From assembly GCA_964234715.1 (NCBI GenBank), contig OZ174282.1: DNA of 64,000 nt; one strand, 5' to 3'. Below the pieces are notes generated by a model. That model had not been told where the DNA came from. It made no database searches and worked only from the letters and a program-made list of their open reading frames with translations. The DNA comes from Podarcis melisellensis (Eukaryota). A program made the translations under genes and the position numbers. Shown here piece by piece: positions 1 through 12,982 of the stretch (positions are counted from its first letter, which is position 1; each line of letters begins with the position of its first letter).

Positions 1-307
1 GGGGGAAGAAGGTAAGCCGCCTCACCAACTTGTAGACAAGGGGGCATGGTGCGGTGGTGTCAGGGGGCTCAGACACTTCATGGGCACCCGGAGGAAGCCT
101 CAAGGATGCCATTGCACAATGGGCACTCTATTGGTGACCCCTGATCCAAGAAAATGAAATAAACAGCCTCTTCCTCTTTCTGATTTCTCTGCTTGAGATT
201 CCCTCTACCCCTTCATGCCGGTTCGTAATCTCTGGATCACACCATTATAGGAGGAAGGCTGTCGTTCAGTGGTAGAGCATCTGTTCCTGTGATAGCCATA
301 AGAATAG

Positions 308-418
<111 letters not shown>

Positions 419-1120
419 TAAGGGAGAACGTCACTTTAAATCTCAGGACAAACAGCGGGAAACAGTGGATATAGACTTTTTTTCTGAAGAGAATTAAGAG
501 CAAGAAAGGTTTGGGGCAAATATAAAGGAGCCTGATTTATCTGTGGAACTGATTGCCACAGGATCATGCGATGGCGACTCAGCGTAGATGAGCCTAGCAG
601 ACTCACAGCAGATAAGCATTAGCTGCGATCCCTCAGAATGGAGCCTCCATGTTCAGGGCCTCTCTACCACAGGTGCCCTTTTAGAGTTTGGTGTGGAGCA
701 GAAGATAAACCGCAAAATATCTGCTGTTGCTGGTGGGGGGGGGCGGGCTCCACAAACCATTAAAATTATCCATTGAAATTAATGAGCATGACTGATGTAG
801 GCCCATTAATTTCAATGGGTTTACTCTTGAGTTAAACTTATTAGGATAATGGCAGTTTTTTATAATGGCGCTGGGTAAAGAGAAATTTCAACCCAATTTT
901 GGGGGGGAGGCGGAGGTTGGATTTCAACCATTTATCGAGACGATTTGCCGGTGGGGGTGAAAGAGAGTGGGCATAAAAGTAGCTTTAGCAGGAAGAAATA
1001 GGTGGTCTGAAGCAAAGGAAGGATAAAAGAAGTGGTAGAGGAGAAGGAAAGAGCTTGTGGAGGACCACTCTAATATAGTGTTATAGATTAGGGGGAGCGA
1101 GACCCTAGAAATTAATAAAT

Positions 1121-1474
1121 GGTAAAGGTAAAGGGACCCCTGACCATTAGGTCCAGTCGTGACTGACTCTGGGGTTGCGGTGCTCATCTCACCTTATTGG
1201 CTGAGGGAGCGGGCATACAGCTTCCGGGTCATGTGGCCAGCATGACTAAGCCGCTTCTGGCAAACCAGAGCAGCGCACGGAAACACCGTTTACCTTCCCG
1301 CCAGAGTGGTACCTATTTATCTACTTGCACTTTGACGTGCTTTCAAACTGCTAGGTTGGCAGGAGCAGGGACCGAGCAACGGGAGCTCACCCCGTCGCAG
1401 GGATTCGAAGTGCCGACCTTCCGATCGGCAAGCCCTAGGCTCTGGGGTTTAACCCATAGTGCCACCTGCGTCCC
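1121..1474 (-). mobile_element. Sauria SINE (Squam1/POM type), full length
   Basis: Reverse complement begins GGGACGCAGGTGGC, B-box TTCGAATCC, (ACCTTT)n tail; TSD TAATAAAT at 1113-1120 and 1475-1482. Confidence 0.92.
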
Positions 1475-1622
1475 TAATAAATAGTAGGATTTTTATTATT
1501 TGGGGAGAAATATAGGCTGCAGAAGAATTCCCAAACTAGCCTATGCAAAATGACCTGGCCAAGCTAGGGCCATTAAGAAACAATACAGGGCCGTTGAGAG
1601 CCATTGGCAATTGGCCGTTGAG

Positions 1623-1842
1623 AGTCATGCTGGTGAACCAGAGCAGCGCACGGAAACGCCATTTACCTTCCCGCCAGAAGGTATTTATCTACTTGCACTT
1701 TGACGTGCTTTTGAACTGCTAGGTTGGCAGGAGCAGGGACCGAGCAATGGGAGCTCACCCTGTTGCAGGGATTCAAATCACCGATGTTCTGATCGGCAAG
1801 CCCTAGGCTCTGTGGTTTAACCCACAGTGCCACCCGCATCCC
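1623..1842 (-). mobile_element. Sauria SINE, 3'-truncated
   Basis: Near-identical to the 5' two-thirds of the 1121-1474 copy; tail missing. Confidence 0.9.
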
Positions 1843-2950
1843 AATGCTCATAGTATGGGACTCACAAAAGAGTGTCTGGTTTTCAGGCACACCTTGGGGC
1901 CTCTGAGAATCCTGGGGACCTTGGTCAGGGATAGAGTCTACTTGACATGTGTCAATTACTTTAAAATGTTTTCAGCTGGCCCTGTTGCATTTGGGGGAGC
2001 CTCCTTCTTCATCAGCAGAGCGAGGTCTCCAATTTTCACCCCAAAGCCCTGCCCCTGTCTTCATGGGAGCTTTCAGCTCTGTGCTAGGGTTTTTAGTTTT
2101 ATTTTTCATTTTGGTCAAGAGCTGCTTCCATGGCCACTGCCTCGCCCCCATGCGCATTCTGCAGTTGCTTCCCTGCTCCCCGCTCTTCCAATCTGTCTGT
2201 CGGGCTGTTTTGCTGTTTGAAGGAGATGAATGCTGCCGTGTTCCCTTGTCCGGAGCCCAAAGCACACATCGGATCATTCACAGCTTGTTCAGTCCATTTT
2301 TCTTCCAAAAAAGGAGACTTTGATACTTAGCATAAGTTAGCAAAATAAAGTTGTATTTGGTCTGGTCCTCTCCCAGAAACGGGGTTGGGGAAAGTCTGTG
2401 CATTTTTATTATTTTTTAGCAATCAAGGTTTGACTTCTGGGCAATCCTGCATAGTAATGGCACTCCGGAGAGGGAAGGTGGCGTTTTGCAAAGAGCAAGG
2501 GCCACTGTTGGGGTTTTTTTTTTTCTTTTTGCAATGTTGGCTTCTAATTTTAGCAAAACAAATGGCTCCTTGGAAAACGTTCTGGCTTAGCCTGGGCAGG
2601 AAGAAGCCCATTGCTAGGTTCTAGCTCATATATTTGGACCACCACCACCCCACCCTTCAGCTACTTAAGTAGTTCCTTTGTTGACCAATTTAATCTGAAG
2701 AGATTAATCAAGCACCTGACTGTGAGTGAGCGTGAACTTCAGGGCAAGCAAAGCAGAGCTGAGTTGACAAATTTTGCTCCAATCACAATTCCCAGGGCAA
2801 TCCTGGGCATGTCTACTGCCATGGATTCTTCAGCTATGGCTCCTGAGTTGCAGGGAGTTGGTGAACCCTGTGTTCCCTTCCAACTCTGATGATTCTACTC
2901 TGATGTAAACCCCAATGATGTCTCTGGAGGTTTTTGAGCAGCGGTTGGTT

Positions 2951-3347
2951 CTGAAAGACCTGCATTGACTCCCAGTACGTTTCCGAGCACAATTCAAAGT
3001 GTTGGTGCTGACCTTGAAAGCCCTAAACGGCCTCGGCCCAGTATATCCAAAAGAGTGTCTCCACCCCCATCGTTCAGCTCAAACACTGAGGTCCAGCACC
3101 GAGGGTCTTCTGGCACTTCCCTCACTCCGAGAAGCAAAGTTACAGGGAATCAGGGAGAGGGCCTTCTCGGTAGTGGCTCCCGCCCTGTGGAATGCCCTCC
3201 TAACAGATGTCAAAGGAATAAACAACAAATAAATAAACTTTTAGAAGACATCTGAAGGCAGCCCTGTTTAGGGAAGTTGTTAATGTTTGATGCCTGTATT
3301 GTGTTTTTAATATTCTGTTGGAAGCCGCCCAGAGTGGCTGGGGAGTA

Positions 3348-3385
<38 letters not shown>
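2951..3385 (+). mobile_element. L2 LINE 3' end with (TAA)n tail, inserted into a CR1 3' fragment
   Basis: Encodes FKVLVLTLKALNGLGP...RAFSVVAPALWNAL (L2 ORF2 end); CR1 tail sequence stops at ~2950 and resumes at 3386. Confidence 0.88.
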
Positions 3386-3386
<1 letters not shown>

Positions 3387-6370
3387 CTTCTGTCATGGAT
3401 GCTTTAGCTGAGATTCCTGCATTGCAGGGGGTTGGACTGCATAACCCTTCCAATTGTATAGTTCTACAATTATTTGACTTCACTGTGGTGTACTCCCTGG
3501 CAAATGTGTATAGGCAAAGTTGGGGGAAACTACGACCCTCCAGATGTTACTGGCAAGGTTTGCAGGAGTATCCCCTCTCCGAAAGAGAAGCAAATCTCAA
3601 AAAGTCAATGGTGTGTGAGCATGCCCAATGGCCATGCAATGTTCTGTATCAGTTGGAGAGAGAGAAAACCAATTAAAGCAAGTGAATAAAGAGAAAGACG
3701 GGGAGATTCCCGACAGCGGCATTCTGCAAGCTGGTGTTCTCCAGAGTCTACAACTCAACATCGACCCCAGCTAATACATTGGTGGGGGGTGGAGAAAACC
3801 ATAGCTCAGTGGTACAGCATCTGTTCTGCAGTGGTAGAGCATCTGTTCTCCAGGTAGAGTTCAGCTCCCATATTAAACTCTGGAAAGCCACTGCCAGTCA
3901 GAGTGGTCAGTCCTGAGCTAGATTGACCGATACACAGTAGCTTCCTATTTTCATGTGTCAATTGGTCTAGGTGAGGAAAAGTAGGGGCTAAGCCCCATTG
4001 CTCCCTGCAATAAGATTAAGATAATATCAAACTCTGTTGAAACTGGGTCCACAGTTGCATCTTGAATTCATGGGTGGCAAATCTGGGGTAGACCCTATCT
4101 CCACATCCTCTCTAGGGGAGGACTGGAAATTCTCCCCCAACAGTTCAGGAAGAACTTGAGAATGGGAAATATTTCTGAAACTGTTCATGAAATTGTGAAG
4201 TTTCAGTTCAGGCCTCCTGCGTCTCTGAATGCAAAGCCAGCCCCTCTCTTCGTCTAGGTCAGTGATTAAAAGCAGCACAGATTGCATAGTGACCCCTCTG
4301 AGAACTCATATAACCCAATAACTGTTTTCCCTCACTCCTCGTATGCTCAGCCGTGAGATACAGCCTTCTTAACATCTTCCTCTGGTTTTGATTTTTTTAA
4401 GCAAGGTAATTATCTAAACTCTGTATCCTAACTTCTGTGCCCATCACTCACAGCTCAAGCAAGGGGCTGTCCAGAGTAACTTTTCAAAGACTTCCGGAAC
4501 AGATAGGCAATGGGTGCTTTTTCTTAATTTGCACAAGGCTCTTTGAAGTCATCAATTATTATTTTTTTTAACAAAAGGAACAGGAAAATATGCTTTAAAT
4601 GGCACACGGTGCCAGCAAATAATATAGGTGATGGACATGGGGATCCTGACCTGCATGCGTTTTTTTGTCTCTTAAAGAAGCTAGAACGTCTTTTCATATT
4701 TTCTGTTCCGTTTTAAACCCACCCCAGGAATGAAGGAGGCTCCTCACTCCTGTTGTTGGGAACAGAGGTGTGACTCAACTGTTTCCCAAAGTCCTTACGG
4801 TTCCAGGAATTTGGTAGCCCAGAAAGGAAAGAGACGTAGATCTCAGCAACAGATATGATGGAAATATATTTCATAGAATTGTAAAATTTTAGGATTGGAA
4901 GGGACCATAAGGGTCACAAGCCAAATCTTTTGCCCAATGTGGGGCTTGAACCAGCGACCCTGAGATTAAGAGCCTCATGTCCCAGCTTTTCTCCCAAGGA
5001 ACTCAAGGTGGCAGACATGCTTCTCCCCATCCTCATTTTAATCCCCACAACAACCCTGTGAGGCAGGTTAGGATGAGAGGCAGTGATTAGCCCAAGGTTA
5101 TTAGCCCAGTGAGCTTCATGGCAGAGTAGGGATGGGACCAGGACGATTGATTGACTAGGAGCTTTGGGGTACAGGGCATGTGGTTTGTAGCCACTGTGGT
5201 GGAATCTAGACACATATTAAAAACACTGTGAAAATGCTTTTTTTAAAAAAGCATTTTTAAAAATATACTGAAATTGCCATAAGTTCGCCGTCGCCATCTA
5301 GTGTCACATCTGTATAATGCACTTAAAACACACTTGAAACATTATATTTGCATGGCCAAGTCCTAAGTCTTACTCCAAGCAGACCAACTGAAATTAATTG
5401 GCTTAAGTTAGCCACGTTCACCCATTTCACTCTGAGTAGGACTGGATACACACCTGTTGGAGGGCGATAGCAATGGCTTTCCCTGTGTTGCGGACCACAT
5501 GCTTTGAGAGTCCCTGTCCACTGTAGCCTAGTTCAGATGTAATAGGAAACCATGATTTCTCACTATGTTCACAATCTTATATGTGCCTCAGGTTCACGTG
5601 TTCTCCTGCTGCACCTCATGGTTGCGAAGCGTCATGTTCAGAAGCTTCCATTTCCACTTTTAAACAAACCACAGTTTCCCATGATGTCTAAAGCCCAGAA
5701 ACCGTGGCTTACTTAGACTATGGCTCAGTGAGGCCAAGCCAGGGTTAAGCTGTGTTTTCAGAACCTGACTTGTTCTGAAATTGTGATTTCCTATTATGCC
5801 CCTAAAAGTTGCCAACACCACCTCCAGAAATATTTGAAATGACTCTGCTTTTCAGCAAGCCTGCCTTCCCCTCAGAATGGAGGATTTAATGACAGTGTTT
5901 TGTGACATGTAACACCTTGAGTCCAGCTCGTTTTTCAAAGCCGGCAAATCGCAAGCTGAATGCGGGGTCCAAAAAACAAAACAAAAAGGAGAGTGTTTCA
6001 TAAATGTATATCCGCTGTTTCCAAAAATAATAGGGGAGATATTTTTAGTCTCAGTCCCAGCTGTAGCGCATTTGGAAAGTATGTGCTGTCTGCATAATGT
6101 AGAATTGTGACAATTGCTCCCCTCCTTTGAAAGTTTATTTTTAAGAAAACAAACTCTGTGTACTCTGCATCAATAGGCTGAAGGATACAAGTGCTAGCAA
6201 ATCTAATAAGCAGTCCTGTTGGCGGAGAGGGGGGAAGCCTCCAAGGAAGGAACAAAGCTTGACTTCAACAGGCACTGAAATCCCAATTCCGTTTTTGGCT
6301 GCCCCAATGCTGCCCTCTTCAGGAAAACTGGAGATCTCGCACATCAGTTTTTTACAAGCCTCACAAACCT

Positions 6371-6684
6371 GTCTAAAATCCCTGCTAGAGGACAAGGATC
6401 CTGAGATCACGTTAAGGGTAGCCAAATTCTGTGTGATTGCCATAAAACTTAGGGAACAAGCTGTGCTATCATAATGATTAAGGTTTTAAATGATAGTTTT
6501 ACATTATATGTTAGTGACTAAGTTTTTAATTTGTATATTTTTCAACTGTTGCTATATCTGTATTGTCCCTGTTATACCTAATTGGAAATTCAAATGTATC
6601 CTTATCATGTTTTATGACTTCCTTGATATTGTGGGCTGGAACTGGTCTGTGACCGAAATAATAAAATTCAGTTCAGTTCAATTC
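6371..6684 (+). mobile_element. 5'-truncated LINE 3' end, RTE-X-like
   Basis: ORF end LLEDKDPEITLRVAKFCVIAIKLREQAVLS-stop, AATAAAA then (TTCAG)n tail; perfect 14-bp TSD AGCCTCACAAACCT at 6357-6370 and 6685-6698; clade assignment from recall. Confidence 0.8.
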
Positions 6685-7808
6685 AGCCTCACAAACCTTC
6701 CTGGGCCAAGATTGGTACAACTGCTTATTACAGCTGCCATCATTAACAACCTCAACTCCAATATTAGCAGCTACAGTAGCCGTAACAAAGTCAATCCTTC
6801 CCGGCACTAGTGTGATGTTCAGGTCCCTTCTCAACCATGAAGCTTGCTTGGTGACCTTCAGCTGTTCACCAACTCTAAGCCTAATCTACTTCATAGGGTT
6901 GCTTTGAGGAGTGGGAGAGCAATGTACACCAATAAGCTCCTAGGAGGAAATGGGTGGCCATCACCATCATCACAATCAATCAGATTTTGGGTCCCTGTTT
7001 AGCCAAACCTCAAGGTTTAAAGAAGCACTAAAATCTTTAGAGAGAGAAAGAAAAAACCCAAAGTGGGAGGAAACCCCAAAAGAGCCCAATAAGGGCCGAG
7101 TGTTAGAAGGGAAAGGAAACCCCAGAAAACTGAGAAAAGGGTGGAATGGAGTATCCGGAAACAAGGCGTGGTTGGATGGAACCTTGTACAGGAGCACTCC
7201 ATTTTGTGCAGGAACTTCTTGTAATTATTACAATAGTAAATTAATCAGGTGCCAGCCTAGGTAGTTGGTAGTTTATTGTTCCCTTTTATTGTGTGGTTTG
7301 GTCTTATTTTTATTTGTTGAGCTATTTTTGTAAGCTTCTCTACTTATACTTCTGCACAATCCAAAGTGGCCAACAGTAAAATAATTGTAATATCCATAAG
7401 GCCTCCCCCCTCTCGCCCCCCACAACCAAAACAAACAAATACTGTATCACAGCACGTAATAATAATAAAAGCAACAGTCAGCAAATGAAAGGAGATTGCC
7501 TCCCACTGGGGTCCTAGCAGCAAGTGTGGTTGCTTGTTTATTTAGTTCTATGCAGCCATTGCCCAGCATTGAGATCCCAGGGAGGGTTATGTATAGCTAA
7601 AACAAAATGAATTTGGGTAATACCGTCCACCTTCAAAAGCTTGGGCAAAAAGGCGCAACTGACGTCAAAATGTATGTAGTAGTGAGTTCAGATGAACTGC
7701 GGAGGGGAGTGTGTTCCAGTGTCTGAGGGCCACCACATTTGAGGCCCTCTCAAGCACCACCACCCCAGGAATTCATAGAATTGTAGAGTTGGAAGGGAGC
7801 CCTTAAGG

Positions 7809-8066
7809 CAGGGGTCAGCAAACTTTTTCAGCAGGGGGCCGGTCCACTGTCCCTCAGACCTTGTGGGGGGCCAGACTATATTTTTTTTTTGGGGGGGAGG
7901 AAATGAAGGCATTCCTATGCCCCACAAATAACCCAGAGATGCATTTTAAATAAAAGGACACATTCTACTCATGTAAAAACATGCTGATTCCTGGACCGTC
8001 CGCGGGCCGGATTTAGAAGGTGATTGGGCCAGATCCAGCCCCCGGGCCTTAGTTTGCCTACCCATG
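7809..8066. mobile_element. hAT (Charlie-like) MITE nested in a CR1-type 3' tail
   Basis: TIRs CAGGGGTCAGCAAACT / AGTTTGCCTACCCATG; perfect 8-bp TSD CCTTAAGG at 7801-7808 and 8067-8074. Confidence 0.9.
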
Positions 8067-8236
8067 CCTTAAGGGTTATCCAATTCAAGTCCCTGCAATG
8101 CAGGAACCACAGCTAATGAACTGTTTGCACAAGCTTCCTTTTGCCTCCCCCGAGAACCAACCATTGCAGACAACTTCTTTTATTCCCGTGTTATTGGGGT
8201 TTTTTCCCACACTGTCTTTCTTCTTTCTCTCTCCAG

Positions 8237-8406
8237 ATGTAAATATTGCGACCGGTCCTTCAGCATTTCATCCAACCTCCAGCGCCACGTCCGAAACATC
8301 CACAACAAGGAGAAGCCATTCAAGTGCCACCTGTGTAATCGTTGCTTCGGCCAGCAGACCAATCTCGACCGACACCTGAAAAAGCATGAACACGAGAGTG
8401 TGCCAG
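8237..8406 (+). CDS. PRDM16: PRDM16 exon 13 equivalent, zinc fingers 9-10
   Basis: ctccag|A...CCAG|gtaatg; [56 protein letters not shown]; 170 nt, phase joins previous exon. Confidence 0.98.
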
Positions 8407-8662
8407 GTAATGGGGAACTGTGCAGGCCCAGAATTGTACGAGTGAAAGGCGAGCCTTGATTTTCCCACCTCCGACCGCTTTTTAAACACTTTTTCAGAGG
8501 CAGAGAACCCAATGAGGCCATCTTTGGATAAGTGTTGTTCCCAGGTCAATTTGGCTTGTTTTCATTCATTAGATTGGTCGTGCATCCTTCTTTACAGAGG
8601 ACATTCCTCTGCTTGAAGGAGTCCTCTATTTAATGTGCGCCTGTTCTCTTCCGGCACCGCAG

Positions 8663-8837
8663 TGAGCCAGCACACGGGCGTCATCACGAACCACCTGGGG
8701 ACCAACGCCTCCTCGCCGACCTCAGAATCAGACAACCATGCACTTTTAGATGAGAAGGAAGACTCGTATTTCTCCGAAATCAGAAACTTCATTGCAAATA
8801 GCGAGATGAACCAATCGTCGGGCTTAGCAGATAAAAG
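8663..8837 (+). CDS. PRDM16: PRDM16 exon 14 equivalent
   Basis: ccgcag|TG...AAAAG|gtgagt; (V)SQHTGVITNHLGTNASSPTSESDNHALLDEKEDSYFSEIRNFIANSEMNQSSGLADK(R); 175 nt. Confidence 0.97.
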
Positions 8838-9447
8838 GTGAGTTGAGTTTCAACATGTTTTTAGTGATGGAGCTGGGAGAGTATGAATTGTGAGCTTCCG
8901 GATCAGGATCAGAGCCTACCCTCACAATGGGGAAGGGGCCATTTGGTTAGACATTAATTTTGGGAAGTGGGGTGTCTAGCCTAGCTCAGAGGTAGAGCAC
9001 ATGTATTGCTGTTTTTGGACTCCAACTCCCATCATCCCTAGCTAGCAAGACCAGTGGTCAGGGATGATGGGAACTGTAGTTCAAAAACAGCTGGAGATCC
9101 AAGTTTGGGAAAAACCCCATCTAAGACAACTTTGTACATTCACTATGGTGACAGTAACAACCTCAGCAGACATCTGCAAGGATTTTGGGGGAAGAGCTTA
9201 AAGGAATTAGGAAACAGCCTTATGGAAATGGATTGCTTGCATTATCATTATAGTGTACTTCTGACTTAGTTTGGTATTTACAACCCAGTTCTACAGTGCG
9301 GTGACAGAGCATGTCTCAGCTGCTTCACTACAGACTGCAGGTGGGGGCTCACATAAGTGCTCCTTCATACAAAAAAGGGAGTAAAATTTCCTCACATGTA
9401 GAAAATAGTGTTTCAGGGGAAAGGTTGACATGCTAGATTTCTGAATA

Positions 9448-9649
9448 CAGCAGTACCTCGGGTTAAGAACTTAATTAATTCTTAACCCAAAACTGTTCTT
9501 AACCTGAGGTACCACTTTAGCTAATGGGGCCTCCCACTGCCGCCGCGCGATTTCTGTTCTCATCCTGAAGCAAAGTTCTTAACCCAAGGTACTATTTCTG
9601 GGTTAGCTGGGTCTGTAACCTGAAGCGTCTGTAACCCAAGGTACCACTG
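9448..9649. mobile_element. Tc1/mariner (Tigger-like) MITE, family A
   Basis: TA|CAGCAGTACCTCGGGTTA...TAACCCAAGGTACCACTG|TA. Confidence 0.88.
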
Positions 9650-11634
9650 TACAAGGATTTATTTGTGAGTGTTGGGAATCAGATTCCATGACCTATAAGA
9701 AAATGGTTTCCTCAGCCTCACCTTATATAAACATTACTGCTAATTTGACTTTTAGATTTTAGCATGTATGGAACTCCCTACCACAGTAACTCAGGGCTGC
9801 TGAATGTGATCTTTTTCCACTGCCCCTATTCCCTTAGAATGGATTTGGAGCATCTTAGTAGCTTGATACAACAGTCTTAGGCAGGAGATGGCTTTGATCT
9901 CCTTGCAGCCAAGAGGAAAATATGGCAATCTCATTCAGTACCAAAACAAAACAAAACAAAAACCCTGTGAAATAGTTTGCTTTTAAAACTTCGTGCTTTA
10001 GATCTAACTGAGAAAAGGAAACCCTGAAAAGTCAAGGACGGAGTTTTGGTGGAAAATCAGGAATCTTTCCACGTTAGTTGCAAACACACACAAATTGATA
10101 CCAAATTAGAGGTGGAATCCTCAGCAGACTGGCATAATTGATCTCTAGGGAGAATGAAATTGGGGGGACCTGGCTTTCATATGTGTGGGTTTTTGTTGTT
10201 GTTGTTTTAATTACAAGCAGCTTCTGAACTTGTTTAGACTATGTGATGAGATGCAGGGCTCACAGGGAGCTTGTGTGCTCCCTACCCTTAATTTTTTTAA
10301 ACCTCACATTGACTGGGGGGGGGATATTTAATCAGCTTACAGACCAAGAGAAGAAATAAATAGGGTCTTTTTTGTACCCTGCACACAAATACTCTCTCTC
10401 TCTCTCCATCCTACTAGGCAGTGCCAGTTGCAATTATGATCAGGCTATTCTGATCTTTCCAAATGCCATGTAATGTGAACATGGACATTTAAGAAAGAAA
10501 GAAAAAATACTTAATTTGTGGGGGGGGGGGTTGCGTCGAGAATTCCATGTTTGGAGTGGGGCCCCCAAGTCAGACACTAATCACGGCATTTCTGATGGCT
10601 CTTGAGGGTCGATGCTTATTTTCTGTCTGGGACAATGTTGTTCCTGGATCCTGGTGGGCCTGTGGCAAAGATATCATCTGAATTAAGCATGGCAAGCTGT
10701 CAGCGCCGGGTTTATAGTCAGCCAAGCATACAGAACTTTGAAATGAGTGATGTCATTCAAGTTCCTTATTTACCTGGCATGGGCTGTGAACTTCTCCAGC
10801 TCAGCTGTGTTATATCGATTGAGTGTCATTTCCATCCCGCTTAGAATACAGGCCGTTCAGAGCATCAGCGAAGATCCCTGGGAAATAAAAGTTTTCCATG
10901 ATATGCTATGGCAATCTCAAACACCGTGCAAATTGTTGCTGCTGCTGCTGCTTATTTTCCCACCAAGGGACTGGAAGCAACTTAACATTAAAGACTTTCT
11001 TCCTGTTTTTTCCCATCTTTTTTCTTGTTTTTCTATTTTCTTTTTGTGTAAATTCTTTTTTCCTTTCATAACAGAGCAATGTGTTTGATTATGTGTAAAT
11101 TTTTAATGTGGGAATCAAGATTATTTTTAAAAAACCATTAAAGACAATTAAGGGCAGCCAAATTAAAATCTTTAAAAAAAAACCAAAAACAGACCCAGCT
11201 ATACAGATAAAAGGCAGGGCCTAGTTATCCTACCCACTCAAAGAAGCCACAATTCCAATCCTTTCAAATTAAGGGCCAAAAGCCCAGGTAAAGAGAAGAG
11301 CCTTAAAAGCAGGGGTGTACCTACGGACTGGTCAAGTCGGCCCACCAAGTGCACAGACCCAAAGGGGTGCAAAAAGTGTGTCTCTTCACTCTTGGTCAGA
11401 GTGACTAGGAGCCTGCCTGCTATGAGCTCTCCCAGCAGTTTTCCACTGCTCAGGGCAGCCGGGCAAGGTGTGCAGGCTGTTCTGCGCTCCTTGGCAGAGA
11501 AATTTGGTCACCAGCAGGGACCACTGCAGCTGCCCCTTTTCCCAGAGGCGCTGTTAGATGTGTAAGTGGAGTGCCCAGTGGGGTTTGGGGGGAAGAAAGA
11601 ATGAGAGTGGGTGAGGAGTTGGAGGATGGAATGA

Positions 11635-11877
11635 AAGAAGAAGAGTTTGGATTTGATATCCCACTTTATCACTACCCAAAGGAATCTCAAAGCGGCTAAC
11701 ATTCTCCTTTCCCTTCCTCCCCCACAACAAACACTCTGTGAGGTGAGTGGGGCTGAGAGACTTCAAAGAAGTGTGACTAGCCCAAGGTCACCCAGCAGCT
11801 GCATGTGGAGGAGCGGAGACGCGAACCCGGTTCACCAGATTACACGTCTACCGCTCTTAACCACTACACCACACTGG
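11635..11877 (-). mobile_element. tRNA/CORE-derived SINE, Squam3B-like
   Basis: Reverse complement CCAGTGTGGTGTAGTGGTTAAGAGCGG head, GGGTGACCTTGGGCTAGTCAC core, (CTT)n tail; family name from recall. Confidence 0.85.
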
Positions 11878-12186
11878 AATGGGGGAGGCAGAAAGGAAAG
11901 CAGCAAACTGAGGGAGGAGGGAAGAAGGCAGACTGGACCAAGGTGGAGGAGGGGAGGCAGAACAGAGCAGACCTGACCCTGATGGTCACGGGGGGAAGTC
12001 ACTGGTGAATGCGGAAAGTGACAAAAAGCAAACTTTTTGAGTTTCTGGTCCATGGTCTCTCCTGACTTCAGAGGCACAAGGGAGCCTAGGTATGCCTCTC
12101 CCAAAAAGTAAATCCATTAGTACCTGGAATGCTGTAAGGAGTGAAGCTGTAGGCCATGGGATGTGTACTTTCCAGGTAAAAAGCAT

Positions 12187-12566
12187 GGGATGCGGGTGGC
12201 GCTGTGGTCTAAACCACTAAGCCTCTTGGACTTGCCAGTTGGAAGGTTGGCGGTTGCAATCCGCGTGACGGGGTGAGCTCCTGTTGCTCAGTCCCAGCTC
12301 CTGCCAACCTAGCAGTTTGAAAGCACACCAGTCCAAGTAGATAAATAGTTACCACTGCGGCGGGAAGGTAAACAATGTTTCTGTGTGCTCTGGTTTCTGT
12401 CACAGTGTTCACAGTGTTCACAGTGTTTAGTCATGCTGGCCATATGACCTGGAAAGGTGTCTGTGGACCATCTCCAGCTCCCTTGGCCTGAAAGCGAGAT
12501 GAGCGACGCAACCCCAGAGTCGCCTTTGACTGGACTTAACTGTCCAGGGGTCCTTTACCTTTACCT
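12187..12566 (+). mobile_element. Sauria SINE, divergent subfamily
   Basis: GGGATGCGGGTGGCGCTGTGG head, CCTTTACCTTTACC tail, internal (CACAGTGTTC)x3. Confidence 0.9.
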
Positions 12567-12751
12567 TTTTACTTTCCTGGGCATAAGACATTCTCAAAGG
12601 AGCAGAGGTTAGGAAGGCATGTGGATGAGAAAATTTCCTAGCATATTTCTTATAACCCAACAGCCGAAAAGAACCTTTACAAACTGAAAGTCATATTTGC
12701 TCTCTGTTTACCACAACCCCACTCCTAAACCTTTGCACTTGCAACCCACAG

Positions 12752-12982
12752 GCCTGAAATCCAGAATGCTGATGGCAACTCCCAGTGCCATGGCCTCCCA
12801 AATGACAAAACGGAGGATGTTGACGAGGAGGAGGAAGAACTGGAAGAGGAAGACGATGATAGCTTGACGGGGAAGTCGCAGGACGAGACGGCGTCGCCGA
12901 CGACAGAGCCGCAAGGAGGGTATGAGGATGAGGAAGATGAAGAGGCCACGTCCCTTACCATGAGTTTTGACCGCACCCGAAG
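12752..12982 (+). CDS. PRDM16: PRDM16 exon 15 equivalent, acidic domain
   Basis: ccacag|G...CGAAG|gtgggt; PEIQNADGNSQCHGLPNDKTEDVDEEEEELEEEDDDSLTGKSQDETASPTTEPQGGYEDEEDEEATSLTMSFDRTR; 231 nt, phase 2-2. Confidence 0.96.

Noticed and set aside
1-20. Strong donor-like AAG|GTAAGC at position 11
   Set aside because: The preceding bases do not encode the expected end of the previous PRDM16 exon (..RYTCR), and there is too little context to call an exon
1197-1484. Recurring similar short ORFs (e.g. STCTLTCFQTARLAGAGTEQ; LSLPPPQQTLCEVSGAERLQ) suggesting a peptide gene family
   Set aside because: They are chance translations of Sauria and Squam3 SINE copies
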